NCBI RefSeq assembly: GCF_009914755.1
Contig: NC_060930.1
DNA: 64,000 bases
DNA from: the human T2T-CHM13v2.0 reference genome, Homo sapiens
Strand: one strand, 5' to 3'
Part shown: in pieces, positions 1 to 16,063 of the stretch
How the letters are laid out: the number at the start of each line of letters is the position of its first letter
Numbering within the stretch: the first letter of the stretch is position 1
The notes under the pieces: model-generated
Told to the model about the DNA's origin: nothing
Seen by the model: the letters and a program-made list of their open reading frames with translations, nothing else
The model's database searches: none
Translations under genes and position numbers: made by a program

Positions 1-1676
1 GGCATCCTTGATTAGAATAGCTTTTCCCAAGATCATAGATCAAAACTTCTACTATCACAAGACTCTTATCTTTGAATATTTTTTCCTTGTTTATGCCTCT
101 ATGAACAATAGAAATTAAAAGTGGGTCTATTATATGCACTTATAGGGTATACTTTTATTTGTGAAGGATTTTGCAGCCAGCCTTAAACATGAATAACCTT
201 ATATTTCAATAGATAAAAGATGAAGGCCCAATGTAGGTAACAAACTTTAGTGGTACATACATTGCCTCATAATCAGTCAAAACTCCTCTTAACCCACATC
301 ATGGATTAAAGAGAACATTGACAAGAGGCCTTCACTCTTCTAGAAAGACATCCATTTGTTAGGTCCTTTTTCCATGGTTTAGAATAAAAGAGGCAATAAT
401 TTGAAATGTCTCCCTCATAATAGGCTCTACAGCAAATTCTACTTTAAAGGCTATCGTTACACAACAGACTTTAAATTCTCCTTTGAAAATTATACTAAGT
501 AATAGAATTGGCTAAACAGAAAAGTACCTGTGCAGCTGTTGACACCTGTGGCCTATGGAGAAATACAGCAAATGTAAATTATAAACAATTCTGGCCGGGC
601 GTGATGGCTGACACCCGTAACCTCAGCACTTTGGGAGGCAGAGGTAGGCGGATCCCCTGAGGTCAGGAGTTTGAGAGCAGCCTGGCCAACATGGCAAAAC
701 CCTGTCTCTACTAAAAATATGAAAATTAGCCTGGCGTGGTGGCAGGTGCCTGTAATCTCAGCTACTCAATAGGCTGAGGCGGGAGAGTCACTTGAACCTA
801 GGAGGTGGAGGTTGTAGTGAGCTGAGATCGCCGCTGCATTCCAGCCTTGGTGACAGAGCAAGACTCCCTCTCACAAAATAAATACAATAAAAATAAATAT
901 CCAGTTGTAGGGGATTAGTGAAAAGACCACTTAGTCAAGCAAGGAGACTCTTCATCTAACTCATTCTTCAATCTATTTAATTTTAGGTGGTTTGGCTTAT
1001 GGGGACCCTGGGTAAGGAGCATACTCCAAACTCTTGCTATTATCCGCCCGATAATGATAATAATAGTCTCCCTGGTGCACTGTATTCTCTCAAAGATTTT
1101 AAATGCTTGCATGCAGCCATCTCTACAACGTCAAATGATCTCTTTTCAACTGGAATAACAAAAACTGAAAGAAATGTGTGACCATGAAGGCACCGTAACC
1201 TATGAATGACATGCTGAGACCAGAAACCCAAAATGATGTAACTGAGAGTGGCGCTAAGGCCCTAAGTTCTGGTCACGCTGTCACCTAAGTAAGAACCTGG
1301 CCAAAAGTGAGGAATTTTTTTTTAAACAAAATCATGGGAGGCCATTATTTTGGACTGAGCTCATGCACTAGGCACCAACAAACCAAACCAAACTAAAATG
1401 GAGTCACTCATGCTAAATGTGACATAATCAAACCAAGGCTTTAAAAAAACACAAAATGCTAGAACAGACCAGGTTTTTTCTCCTGTAAACAGATGTTTCA
1501 GAATAAGGAGGTATCCTCTACTCAGCCCTTATTCTCTTCCTGCAAAACCCACTGTTCTACTGTTTCCTAGTGAGTTTCAAAACCATACAGGTACACTTAT
1601 GACAGCGATAATAACATCAATGACCAAGGTTTTGGTCAATCTCTCAAAATTGAGAAAATGACCAAAACGGGGGAAT
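1..1676 (+). mobile_element. ERV1-class (MER4 group, MER57A-int-like) 3' internal region with decayed env TM remnant, interrupted by an Alu
   Basis: Manual translation gives QQTLNSPLKIILSNRIG / KSTCAAVDTCGLWRNT (462-570; degenerate ISD and CX6CC region) and SFFNLFNFRWFGLWGPWVRSILQTLAIIRPIMIIIVSLVHCILSKILNACMQPSLQRQMISFQLE* (961-1158; membrane span and tail). A polypurine tract AAAACGGGGGAA lies just before the LTR. Family name is from recall. Confidence 0.7.
593..897 (+). repeat. AluS element inserted in the ERV env remnant
   Basis: GGCCGGGCGTG start, dimeric Alu body, A-rich tail. Confidence 0.95.
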
Positions 1677-2109
1677 TGTTAAGGCAAACTAAATATGGCC
1701 TGAGAAGGACTCTGTCCTTCTATATTTGAGTCCTTGTGGATGAACTGTAACATAGCTTAATAGTCAAACAAAATTGAAAACCTAACTTAATAGTATACAC
1801 CTGTAACAATAACTGAGTGGTGGCCAATCCCAGCGGCCATACTTCAACCACTCACAGCCTGCTGAATGTTCAATCTGCGTTCAAATCAGGCAAACACCGA
1901 GCTGTAACCAACCTCACTGTTTCTGTACCTTACTTCCGATTCCTGTGCCTCACTTTGCCTTTTTTATCTATAAATTTGTTCTGACCATGAGGCACCCTGG
2001 GAGTCTGTGAATCTGCTGTGATTCTGGGGGTTGCCTGATTCGTGAATCTTCCATTGCTCAATTAAACTCCTTTATACTTAATTCGGCTTAAGTTTTTCTT
2101 TTATCAACA
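1677..2109 (+). mobile_element. ERV1 3' LTR, MER57A-like
   Basis: TG...CA termini, preceded by a PPT. It starts TGTTAAGGCAAACTAAATATGGCCTGAGAAGGACTC and contains CCAAT (~1824), TATAAA (~1969) and ATTAAA (2061). Confidence 0.75.
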
Positions 2110-2379
2110 GAGTAAGCTCTCACTAATGAGTGGGCTGAGTGAAAACTGGAGGGATTTGTTCGTCTTTCTCAAGAGTAGTAGCTTCCAGAAGGAAGGGGCT
2201 GCTCTTCATTTACATTTCCCTTCCACTCCCATCCCTTAATGCCTAACATGCTGCCTGGCACATAGTAGGGGACTCAGTAAATGCTTGTTCTATGGATCAG
2301 TTCAGCTATGAAGTCTGTGTGAGCCAGTCCAGGTAAATTAGGAAGACAAGGATTTAGGACTGGGGCGAAAAGAGCCAGA

Positions 2380-2900
2380 ACGGAAGAAGGACGCCAGGGG
2401 GAGCAAGAACCTACACTCTCCAGATATCGCGAGAGGTCCCGCGCTCGCCACGACACTGAGTGTTCTGTTTTGGGCGGAAGCGCTGGACGAGAGGAGGAAT
2501 TACTCTAGGGTACAAGGCCTCGCCCCAGGAGTGGGGGGTTGCTTCCGGGTCGCGCTCCCGGAAACAGGAAGTTGCCCATCCTCCTCGCCCGGCGGCAGCT
2601 GTCCCCGAGGCGGGAGGAGCCCGAGGGGGCGCGAGCCCCGCATGTGAGTGACTGGGGCCCGAGGCTGGGTGGGGGGAGGCCGCCCTGTGACAGCCTCGCC
2701 GCCGCGCCCGTCTCTGACATCCTCGCGCAGCCGCTTCTCGCCGCTGCTACCACCCTCTATCCCAGCGCGGATCCCTTTTCTCAGTCTCTCCAGTTTTGTA
2801 GACTGACAGCATCCCCTGGCAGCTCCCCCGGGGTCGACTCCCTTAAGACATCTGTCACTTTCTTTGACTCCGCCGGGGAGAGCAAAACGAGGTGGACCTT
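2380..2900 (+). promoter_or_regulatory. C6orf89: CpG-island, TATA-less promoter of C6orf89
   Basis: Dense CpG/GC stretch. Motifs: TATCGCGAGA (2425-2434, BANP/ZBTB33-type), GC box GGGCGG (2472), and ETS/GABP sites GCGGAAG (2474), CTTCCGG (2542), CCGGAAA (2558) and CAGGAAGT (2565). Confidence 0.85.
2540..2643 (+). other. C6orf89: C6orf89 exon 1 (5' UTR; start approximate)
   Basis: Donor CAT|GTGAGT at 2643/2644 inside the CpG island. The TSS cannot be fixed from sequence. Confidence 0.7.
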
Positions 2901-3700
2901 GCTTGAACTTGGTTCTCAGGCATCACAGCAGTGTCCATAACTTGAGCGTTGCTAATGAAGTCCAGATTTCTGCCCTTTTGACGGAATTTTTAAGAAATTA
3001 AGAGTAGATTCCCCACCCCCTTCTGAAAGATCTTTTTCTAATAATCGTTAGGGGGCAATAATTTTTTTTCTTTAAATGTGTACTTGGTATGTGATAAACC
3101 TGGCATCTTGGATTTCAGAAAGAAATATGACTTGGTTTCTTGACACAAGTAAAATAGTTGTTTGTAATCACCTCTTAGTAGAAGGAAATTTGCCTGCGTC
3201 GTGTTTTGTAGTATTTTAAGACTGTTAACCGTGCAGGCCACACTTTCTAGTCTCAGAGCCCTCATAGCCTTTGTATTCGCAAATATGTTTCTTTTAAAGT
3301 ATTTAGTCATAAATCACTTTATAATAGAGACTACTTCCAGATACTTAGTATTCTGACTTTTCTGATGGCTCATTTGGTAGTTCCTGTGGTGGGATCTTCT
3401 ATAGACGTCTCTCCCTTAATAAATTCGTTCATTTGAATTTGGGTTGTCAAAATTTCCCTCTAGGGAATAACATGCCTTTAAAATAATAACTAATAAATTC
3501 AATTCTGCTACATTGAAGTTTTGACTAAAGGTTCATGTAGCCCAACTTGCATACCAGAAAGAGGTCCTGTTTCTGTCAGACCTTTTCTGCCTTGGACTGA
3601 GGCATTTTTCAAGACCTGCTTTGAATACCTGTTCCTCCACAGCTACTCCACACACCAGAAACAATGTCCAAATGCTAGATTCCTAACCTGCTAACCTTAA

Positions 3701-3871
<171 letters not shown>

Positions 3872-4349
3872 TAAAAATGAATAAAATAATAAAACATAAA
3901 ATGAATAAACCATGAGCCACGAGTTACATTCAATTAGTTCGGAATGATAATTTTAGGTCCTTTCTATAAATTTGTTCAACATTGATCTGATTCCACATCT
4001 GAGGTGAATTCCCACGTCTGTTCTTAGTTTTTTGTGTTTTCTCCATTTATCTCTGCTTTCAAGAAACACTATTTAGGGTGGGAGGTAGACAGGAAAATAG
4101 ATGTAATGCCAAGCCCTAGAGGTGCATAGGACAAAAACTGAGGTCAGAGTCTTAAAGAGTTCACTTATTGGACAAAGCACTGGAGACTAGGCTTTTTAGG
4201 CAGAGGAAATTGTGTATGCAAAAGCAAAAAGATGTGAAATAGTATGACAGTGTAGAATGTGAAGAAGGATTGATGGGAAATGAAACTGAACAGGTAGGCA
4301 GTGACCAGATCATAAAGGGCCATGGTAAGTAATTTGGACTTTATCTTTT

Positions 4350-4637
4350 AAAAAAGACAGGAATCTCATTCCATCACCCAGGTTGGAGTACAGTGGTGCT
4401 ATTACGGTTCACTGCAGCCTCGAACTCCTGGGCTCAAGCTACCCCTCACCTCTGCTTCCCAAGTAGCTGGGACTACAGGCAGGCACCACCACACTCGGCC
4501 AATTTTTATTTTTATTTTTTTTGTAGATACAGGGTCTTGCTATGTTACCCAGGCTGGTCTTGGAAGTCCTGGGCTCAAGCAGTCCTCCCACCTCAGCCTC
4601 CCAGTGTTGGGATTACAGGCATGAACCACCATGCTTG
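4350..4637 (-). repeat. AluJ element
   Basis: Antisense diverged Alu (CTCCTGGGCTCAAGC). Confidence 0.85.
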
Positions 4638-4885
4638 ACTTAGGACTTTATCTTAAAATGATTGTTATTAGGTATTTAATTTGTCTGGCTATTGGAACAA
4701 ATGTGTTACATCATTTTATAATTCTCTGAAATAAAACATTGTGGGGTAGAAATAATTATCCCCATTTTATACATGAAAACTGAGGCTTAGAGAGGATGAG
4801 TAGTGTCTCATGGCCACACAGTAAGTGGTAAAATCTAGAATTTGCATCCAGCTTTTTCCAACTCCAGTATCTGTGTTCTTAGTCA

Positions 4886-5268
<383 letters not shown>

Positions 5269-6619
5269 ACTGGACAAGGTAGAGAATGGATTGGGGAAGA
5301 GGAGAACTGGAAGTATAGAGATTAACTACATCTTTGTGATGGTCCATAGGAGAGATGTTGAAGACCTTAACTGTGCTGTTAATGTAGAGAGGAAGGGATG
5401 AATGTGAGAATTATATAGGAGGCTGAATCAAGAGGACTTAGTGATAGTTTCATTGGTGGGAGTGAGGTAGGAGGAGAATAGTTTTTAAATTTGGAGGATT
5501 AGTGTTTCCATTAAGAAAAGAGGTGCAGTGGGAGGAATGAGTTGAAGGGGAAAACAGTAAGTTGGGTTATAGACACATTACATACAGGGAGCTATGGGAA
5601 ACTTGGATCACCGTGTCTGGTAGGCAGGTAGATAAATGGGTCTTGAACCCTAGAGAGAGTTGTAGACTGGAGAAGAGATTTGGGAATCACCAATAGCTGG
5701 TGGTCAAAGTGTTGGAGGGAATAAGAAGGTCAAGGATAACTGGTGGATACCAGCAGAGAACGAGAGAATTATGTTAAGGTTTGAGTACACTTGAGGGAGA
5801 TAGATAATGGGGTAGCAACAGCAGCTGCTGCAGAGAGGTCAGATAAGGTAATAACTGAAAAAAACGTCCTTCGAACTTGGCGTTTAGAAAGCCATTTGTG
5901 GCCTCAGTGAAAGCAATGTCGGTGGAGTGAGGAGGCAGAAATATGATTTCAACAGGTTAATAAATGAATGGAAACCTGAGAAACAAGAAAGTGTGTTACT
6001 TTCTCCCCCCAACCCCCAAAGGAGCTTTCCTCTGAAGGGAGGGAGGGAGAGAGTACCAGAAACTTAGAAAGGAACTATTATGGCATTTTTCTGATAGTAG
6101 AAACTGGAAAGGGTGAGGATGGAAGCAAGTAGAGGTAAGCTTAAAAATGTGAAGACTTCTTCAAGTATGTCAATGTCCTAAAAGACCAAAAAACAAAAAC
6201 AAAAAAAAAAAGAAAAACCACACACTGGGGACTTGTTCTGAAGTTAAGTAGATTAAAGAGAGGCATGGCAGCCAAATTCAATGTGTGGTCATTGGTTGGA
6301 TCCTGGATTTTTAAATAGCTATATGATCTTTTTAAAAAAATTTGATAGTTAAGGAAACTTGACTATAGACTGAATATTAGGTAATATTAAGAGATTACTC
6401 ATTTTAATGGGTATGGCAATAATGCCAATGGTTGTGTGTAGAATAACGTCGTTATTCTTAGGAGATGCATGTTGAAATATTTAGAAATGATTTTATAATG
6501 TGTTGCAAATAACTTTCAAGTAGTTCTGGTAAAAACAGAAAGAAAATATAGCCAAATGTAAACAACTGGTAAATCTAAATGAAGGATATCCAGGTGTTCA
6601 TTGTACTATTTTTGTACAA

Positions 6620-7456
<837 letters not shown>

Positions 7457-7617
7457 TGTACCTTGATTGTAAATTTTAAGCATTTATTGTAGTTTTAAGT
7501 TATTACTCTTTTAAATCGTATTAATCATTTCAATGTTTTATCAGTTATTTTTCCTTTTAATTGATGTTTGTTTCTTTGTAGTGGTTCTTATTATAATCTA
7601 AGAAGCACTTTTTCTTT

Positions 7618-8207
7618 TTATTATTATTATACTTTAAGTTTTAGGGTACATGTGCACAACGTGTAGGTTTGTTACATATGTATATGTGTGCCATGTTGGT
7701 GTGCTGCACCTATTAACTCGTCATTTACATTAGGTATATCTCCTAATGCTATCCCTCCCCACTCCCCTACCCCACTACAGGCCCCAGTGTGTGATGTTGC
7801 CCTTCCTGTGTCCAAGTGTTCTCATTATTCAATTCCCACCTATGAGTGAGAACATACGGTGTTTGGTTTTCTGTCCTTGCGATAGTTTGCTCAAAATGAT
7901 GGTTTCCAGCTTCATCCATGTCCCTATAAAGGACATGAACTCATCCTTTTTTGTGGCTGCATAGTATTCCATGGTGTATATGTGCCACATTTTCTTAATC
8001 CAGTCTATCATTGATGGACATTTGGGTTGGTTCCAAGTCTTTGCTATTTGTGAATAGTGCCACAATAAACATATGTGTGCATGTGTCTTTATAGCAGCAT
8101 GATTTATAATCCTTTGGGTATATACCCAGTAATGGGATGGCTGGGTCAAATGGTATTTCTAGTTCTAGATCCTTGAGGAATCACCACACTGTCTTCCACA
8201 ATGGTTG
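7618..8207 (-). mobile_element. 5'-truncated L1PA element (3' UTR and end of ORF2)
   Basis: Contains ATTATACTTTAAGTTTTAGGGTACATGTGCAC; ORF 7829-8149 reads as the L1 ORF2 C-terminus (WIKKMWHIYTMEYY...HRMFSLIGGN); TSD AAG(A/G)AGCACTTTTTCTTT at ~7600 and ~8208. Confidence 0.93.
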
Positions 8208-8838
8208 AAGGAGCACTTTTTCTTTACTAGAACATATATTTAATTAATGGGATCACTGGATAAAATAGAATGGAATATATTCATAACACTAAAGAATGGA
8301 TACCATACTTCATGGGTAGTGTAATATTAAAGAGCCAAGTAGAGAAAAAAGAAAATTTAATTTACTCTGGATATAGCTCCTAGTGTTGAAGATTGGGATG
8401 TATCTTGATGGACTTTTGAAACTTTCTTTTGAACTGTACTGTTTCCCCTTTTGTGCTTTAACTAGATGAATCAGTTTTCTATCCTAGAGTTACCTCGCTG
8501 GCATAGCTCTTCAGAAAACAGAACGTCCAGGGTAATGGCATATCAGTGTTCAGGACTTACTTATCTCTATAGAGGAATTAGTTCTCTGTTAAACAGGGCA
8601 AAAGAGAAGTTTACATTTCTCTTAACTTCTTTTCTGCTTTAAAGAAACATTTGTATTGGTAAGTTCTATCAGAGTTTTTCTGTCAGATATGCCTCTACCC
8701 TGTTTCTTCATAGGCAGAGACCCAGAAGGAATTGTGGAGAACATCTCATCAGAGCTCTCAGTTGTCTCCTCCTATTTCTGAAGTACTCCAGAAGTGAAAC
8801 AACTCCCTGGCTTACCTCCGACAGGCCTCTCTTGAAAG

Positions 8839-9207
8839 CAAGGTTTCTTGACCTCGTTTTGAGGAGGGGTAGGAGGAGGTTCTCCTGTGCATTGCAGGAT
8901 GTTTAGTCTTTACCCACCAGATGCTAATAGTACCCCTCCAGTTTGTTGATTTTTAATTTTTTTAAAAGAGCTGGAGCCTCCCTGTGTTGCCCAGCCGGGA
9001 GTGCAGTTGCTGTTCACAGGCGTGATCGTAACTCACTGAGCCTCTAACTTCTGGCCTCAAGTGATCCTCCTGCCTCAGCCTCCCGAGTAGCTGGAACTAT
9101 AGGCATGTGCTGCTGTGCCCAACTCCTGTCCAGTTTTGATAATCAAAAATGTCTTCAGACATTGCCAAATGTCCCCTTTGGAGCAGAATTACCCTGAGAA
9201 CTATTGT
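8839..9207. mobile_element. MER20-like hAT DNA transposon fossil split by a FAM-type Alu monomer (8950-9122, - strand)
   Basis: CCTGTGCATTGCAGGATGTTTAG ... AAAAATGTCTTCAGACATTGCCAAATGTCCCC; the insert carries the 7SL-like TTCACAGGCGTGATC of FAM. Confidence 0.7.
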
Positions 9208-9529
9208 TGTAAAGTAGTGTCTCTTAATTGGGGGTGTGTGCCTTTAATCAGCAGAGAAGAGGCTTGAAAGCGTACACACCTGAGCTCCACTCCTAACAGT
9301 TCTGGCAACTTAGCATATCCGAGGTGGTGCATGATACTTTGATCCTAATAACTCCACTAGTGATCCTGCCTGTGCCCTTGCAGGTCTATGCCACTGTTAG
9401 AATCAGGCTAACTCTTCAGAACTTCCCCCTGTAGCAAAGCTCACTTTGGCCAGAGTTGGAACTACTTTCTGCAGGTAAGTGGATTGCCATCAAGCCTCAG
9501 CCGATTTCACTCAATCCTCTCATGCTTGA

Positions 9530-9851
<322 letters not shown>

Positions 9852-10267
9852 TTGATTTTTTTTTTTTTAAGGGATGAGTTTTTTTGTTCTTGTTTAATTA
9901 CCATCGTATCCAACCAAATCCCAATAGTGTCCCTCTAGCAAGACAATAAAAAATGTCTCCAGGCATCCCTGGGGGCAGAATCTTTTCCAGTTTAGGACGA
10001 CTGATATAACCAAAGCCAAAAAGAGGGCTTATCACAATCCACAGGTATTCTTAGAAACGTCACTAAGTTGCTATTAACTACCTTTCTGATAACTTGAGAA
10101 ATGTGTCATAATCTCTCGGAAGAAGGATGCATGGCTTGCAAAAATATATTCAGTGTTTTAATATCATTTTAACTTGAATTACCCAACAAGAAAAGAAACG
10201 TATTTTTTTGTGTGTGATACAAACTGGGAGTTTAATAAGATTTTTATGTGTATCAAAAAGGCTTACA

Positions 10268-10678
10268 GGCCAGGCGCGGTGGTTCATGCCTGTAATCCCA
10301 GCACTTGGGAGTCCAAGGTGAGTGGATCACTTTAGGCCAGGAGTTTGAGACCAGCCTAGCCAATATGGTGAAACCCTGTCTCTACTAAAAATACAAAAAT
10401 TAGCTGGGTATGGTGGCATGTGCCATTTTTTATTGTCTTGCTAGAGGGACACTGTTGGCATTTGGTTGGATATGATAGTAATTAAACAACAAAAAATATC
10501 ATCCTTTAATCCCAGCCTGTAATTCCAGCTGCTCAGGAGGCTGAGGCATGAGAATCGCTTGAACCCGGGAGGCGGAGCTTTCAGTGAGCCAAGATTGCAC
10601 CACTGTGCTCCAGCCTGGGCAACACAGCGAGACTCTGTCTCAAAAAAAAAAAAAAAGGAAAAAAAGGAAAAAAAAAAG
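10268..10678 (+). repeat. AluS element interrupted by an ~87-bp non-Alu insert (10424-10510)
   Basis: The Alu body breaks at GCATGTGCC and resumes at CCCAGCCTGTAATTCCAGC. Confidence 0.92.
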
Positions 10679-11121
10679 ACTTGAGGAGGCTTACAAAGGT
10701 TGCAAAACAGCCATCAAAAATAATGATGATTAATCCTGTTTTCCTCACCTGTACTTTTGTCCCCTTCAGGATTCTCCTACCGGCACACCGTGTTCTCTTC
10801 TGTGTGTGATGTTCTCTTCTGCCTCAGGGATACTTGCTTGTGACCCCACCTCCCAGCATCCACACTAGTTTTTCACTGGAATTTGTTTCTAGCAGTCCTT
10901 TCTGGATCCTTTCCATTCTGGTCCTCTACTGAGTTTTAATGGGTTTTGACTGGGTATTGTTAGATAATGAATTGTAACATATTTAAATGAATATTATTCC
11001 TACTTGCTTTCATAGAATGTCTTTGTTAGTTTAAACAGGAAAATGGCATCTCAGAATCACTGATCACAAAACCAAGATGTGAAAAATGTTGTAATAAGTT
11101 ATCCCTTTACTCTATTTGCAG

Positions 11122-11221
11122 GAATCATTGTAGTCAATCATTTTCCAGTTCTCAGCCGCTCAGTTGTGATCAAGGGACACGTGGTTTCCGAACTGCCAGC
11201 TCAGAATAGGAAAATAACTTG
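11122..11221 (+). other. C6orf89: C6orf89 exon 2 (100-nt 5' UTR cassette exon)
   Basis: Acceptor CCCTTTACTCTATTTGCAG|G and donor TTG|GTAAGG in non-repetitive sequence; matches my recollection of the C6orf89 5' UTR. Confidence 0.75.
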
Positions 11222-12179
11222 GTAAGGGAGGCAGCATGCAACAACCCTGAAGTCAGGACACTTGGGTTCACATCCTGGCAAGTTATGAAACCTTTCTGAG
11301 CCTTGAACATGTATGAAATGGGATCGATCACAGCTACCTTATGGGATCACAGTGGTGATTCACTGAGATAATATTTCCAGAGTGTTTAGCAAGGCACCTG
11401 GCATATAGGGTGGGAACAGGAATAGGAGTGCAATTGAACATGAGTCTTCAGTTTCTAATGAATTGAATTTTTCTCCTTCCTGAAGTGTTCATAGATTCTT
11501 AGAATTTTAGAGCGAGACTCTAAAATTTGTAGTCCAATCCTCTTATTTTTTGGATGCAGAAGTAGACCAAGTAATTTAACCGAAATCATCTCACTAGCAA
11601 TTGGCAAAGCTTGTCTCCAGGTTCAATGCTGTTTCATTTTTCCAGCTGTAATATTTGAATACAACTCTATAGAGAACCAAAAAGTCATTGGCATGGCAAA
11701 TCATGCCTTGCTTCTTCCCTATGGTGCCATGGTCATGCATTGCTGTACATCTCTGACTCATTTTGTGCCCAGTGATGTTCCTTAGAAGTGACTGTGAGAA
11801 TTTTGTGATTACAAAATTGATACAGGAAAAGTTTGGGAAATATGAAAGTCACAAAGAAAATAAAAACCAGCTGTGATCTCATTTTCCAGAGATCATCTAC
11901 TCCTGAATTATTTTTAATTGGAAATGCTACATCTTAATTTCTGGGGGTTTTTTTGGTGTTATTGTTAGTATGGCTCTTAATGCTTTGTAATCCATCCTCC
12001 TGGCTGCTAATCAAAAATGGCTTAGTGAAAAGAATGTGGGGTCGAAATGAGGCTCAGGTGACAACCGACTGGGTGGTCTCAGATAAGTCACTTCCCATCT
12101 GGAAATCTACTTTATATCTCTATAGATTTGCCTATTCCTTGCAGGTTTGTTAAAAAGGTATTAAGAAAAAAAAGATGTG

Positions 12180-13850
<1,671 letters not shown>

Positions 13851-13862
13851 TTAAAAATTATA

Positions 13863-14108
13863 TAGCTGTCCCTTGGTATATGTAGGGTATTCGTTCCAGA
13901 ATCTCCATATACACCCAAATCCTTGCATATTCAAGTTTCACAGTTGATTCTTCAGAACCTGTTTATACAAAAAATCATCCCTCTGTATATGTATATGCAG
14001 TTTTTGCACCCTGAAAATACTGTATTTTCAATCCTGGGTTGGTAGAAAAAAATCAGCTTTTAAGTGTATCCACATAGTTCAAACCCATGTTGTTCAAGTC
14101 TCAACTGT
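13863..14108. mobile_element. MER8-like TcMar-Tigger MITE
   Basis: ~245 bp with (C/T)AG(C/T)TG...CAACTG termini flanked by TA, and AGTTCAAACCCATGTTGTTCAAG near the end. Confidence 0.7.
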
Positions 14109-14641
14109 AGTTTGTACTGTCTTTTTATCTGAATGTGGGGGGTATAGTGTGGTGGGCTCTTCTCTCATTCCCCCAGTTCCTGGAAGTCTAGATTGCATGC
14201 CTTTTAATCCACCATTAGAAGTCTTCTGATTCTGATTTAATTGCTCTGAGTTGATGCCCAGGTATGAGCATTTATGAAACGCTCTCTAGGTGATTCTAAT
14301 GTGCAAGCCAGGTTAAGACCTAATGAACTAAACACTTAATAGTCGTAAAGAGGACCAAACAGGAGTGATTGGGAGGCACACTGCTGGAAGAGGAGGTGTG
14401 CTGGCGTGCGCTGGGTTGTGTTGTAACAACATGACTATGTCCTCCACCCTACAGGTGGCAGCATCTCCTTACTGAGAGAATACACGTACTATGTCAGTAC
14501 TTTTTGGGGCTAGAAGTACTGTAGGAATGAAGTATGCAAAATAAAAGGACCCTCTGTATTGAAAATAAATATATAAATAAATAAAGCCCAGTAGAAGAGA
14601 GCACAAACCCGAAGAAGCACTCTTCTTCCTCCTGTAAATGA

Positions 14642-15225
<584 letters not shown>

Positions 15226-16063
15226 TGATACAGAGAGAACTCTACTTTGCCCCATTAGTTTTTACCTTTTGTTCTCTGGGCATGATGAAACAATCTGTCT
15301 TTAAAATAACTATAGGAACACAAATTGAATTTTTAAATTAGTTAAAAATCTTAGGTATTTTAAGTATATAAAATACAAATAAAATGCCCTTTATTTTCTA
15401 AAATTGTATTTGTAGAAAAGCATGAGGACTCTGGTTGCTCCAGAAGAAATTAAAAAAAAGAAGAAGAAAGAAAAGTGTGAGGACTGCAAGCCACATGCCA
15501 TGGTTTTTGTGTTGTCTGAAATCTTTGCTCTGCCAAGAACAAAGCTTATCAGCCTGTTGCTCTCAGTAAATCACCTTCAGTAATCTTCAGTGATCAGTTC
15601 TTCCTCTTGTGTTGAACACAAATGTTCAACAACAGCGTTAAACAACACTGTGCATAATCCATTTTTTTTTTATTTTAAGGAATCTCCAGTAGCAGATCTC
15701 CCATCATTGGTGTCAGAAATCTTTTTTGGATGTCATTAGTGCTTCAGAGTCCCATTAGGATATATTGTGCTCTAGACCAGTGCTCCTCAGTTTGCACTAG
15801 TTTGGGAACTAGTGCAGGTCTGTAAACTGTTCCTGGCCCACAGTTAACGAATATTTTAAAACTTGTATGGCAATTTGACATTGTCTCTGTGTATTCATTG
15901 TGTTTCATGAAAGTATTGGTCTGTAGAGGATTGAGGAAAGCACAAAACTGGTCCTTCTCTACAGATGGTCAAGTAGCTTTGAAGAGGAAGTACCTAAAGA
16001 AACCACCTTTCTTTTTACATTTATTTTCTCTCCGTCTCTCTCAGGGATTTTATATTGGAAGAC

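Noticed and set aside
300-1158. Possible intact or co-opted retroviral env
   Set aside because: Stops, frameshifts, a deleted ISD core and an Alu insertion make it a decayed remnant
2460-2940. ORFs of 63-133 aa over the promoter
   Set aside because: Non-ATG or chance frames in a CpG island that cross the exon 1 donor
10735-10770. Acceptor-like TTTTGTCCCCTTCAG|G upstream of exon 2
   Set aside because: No convincing paired donor nearby; isolated acceptor-like sites are common
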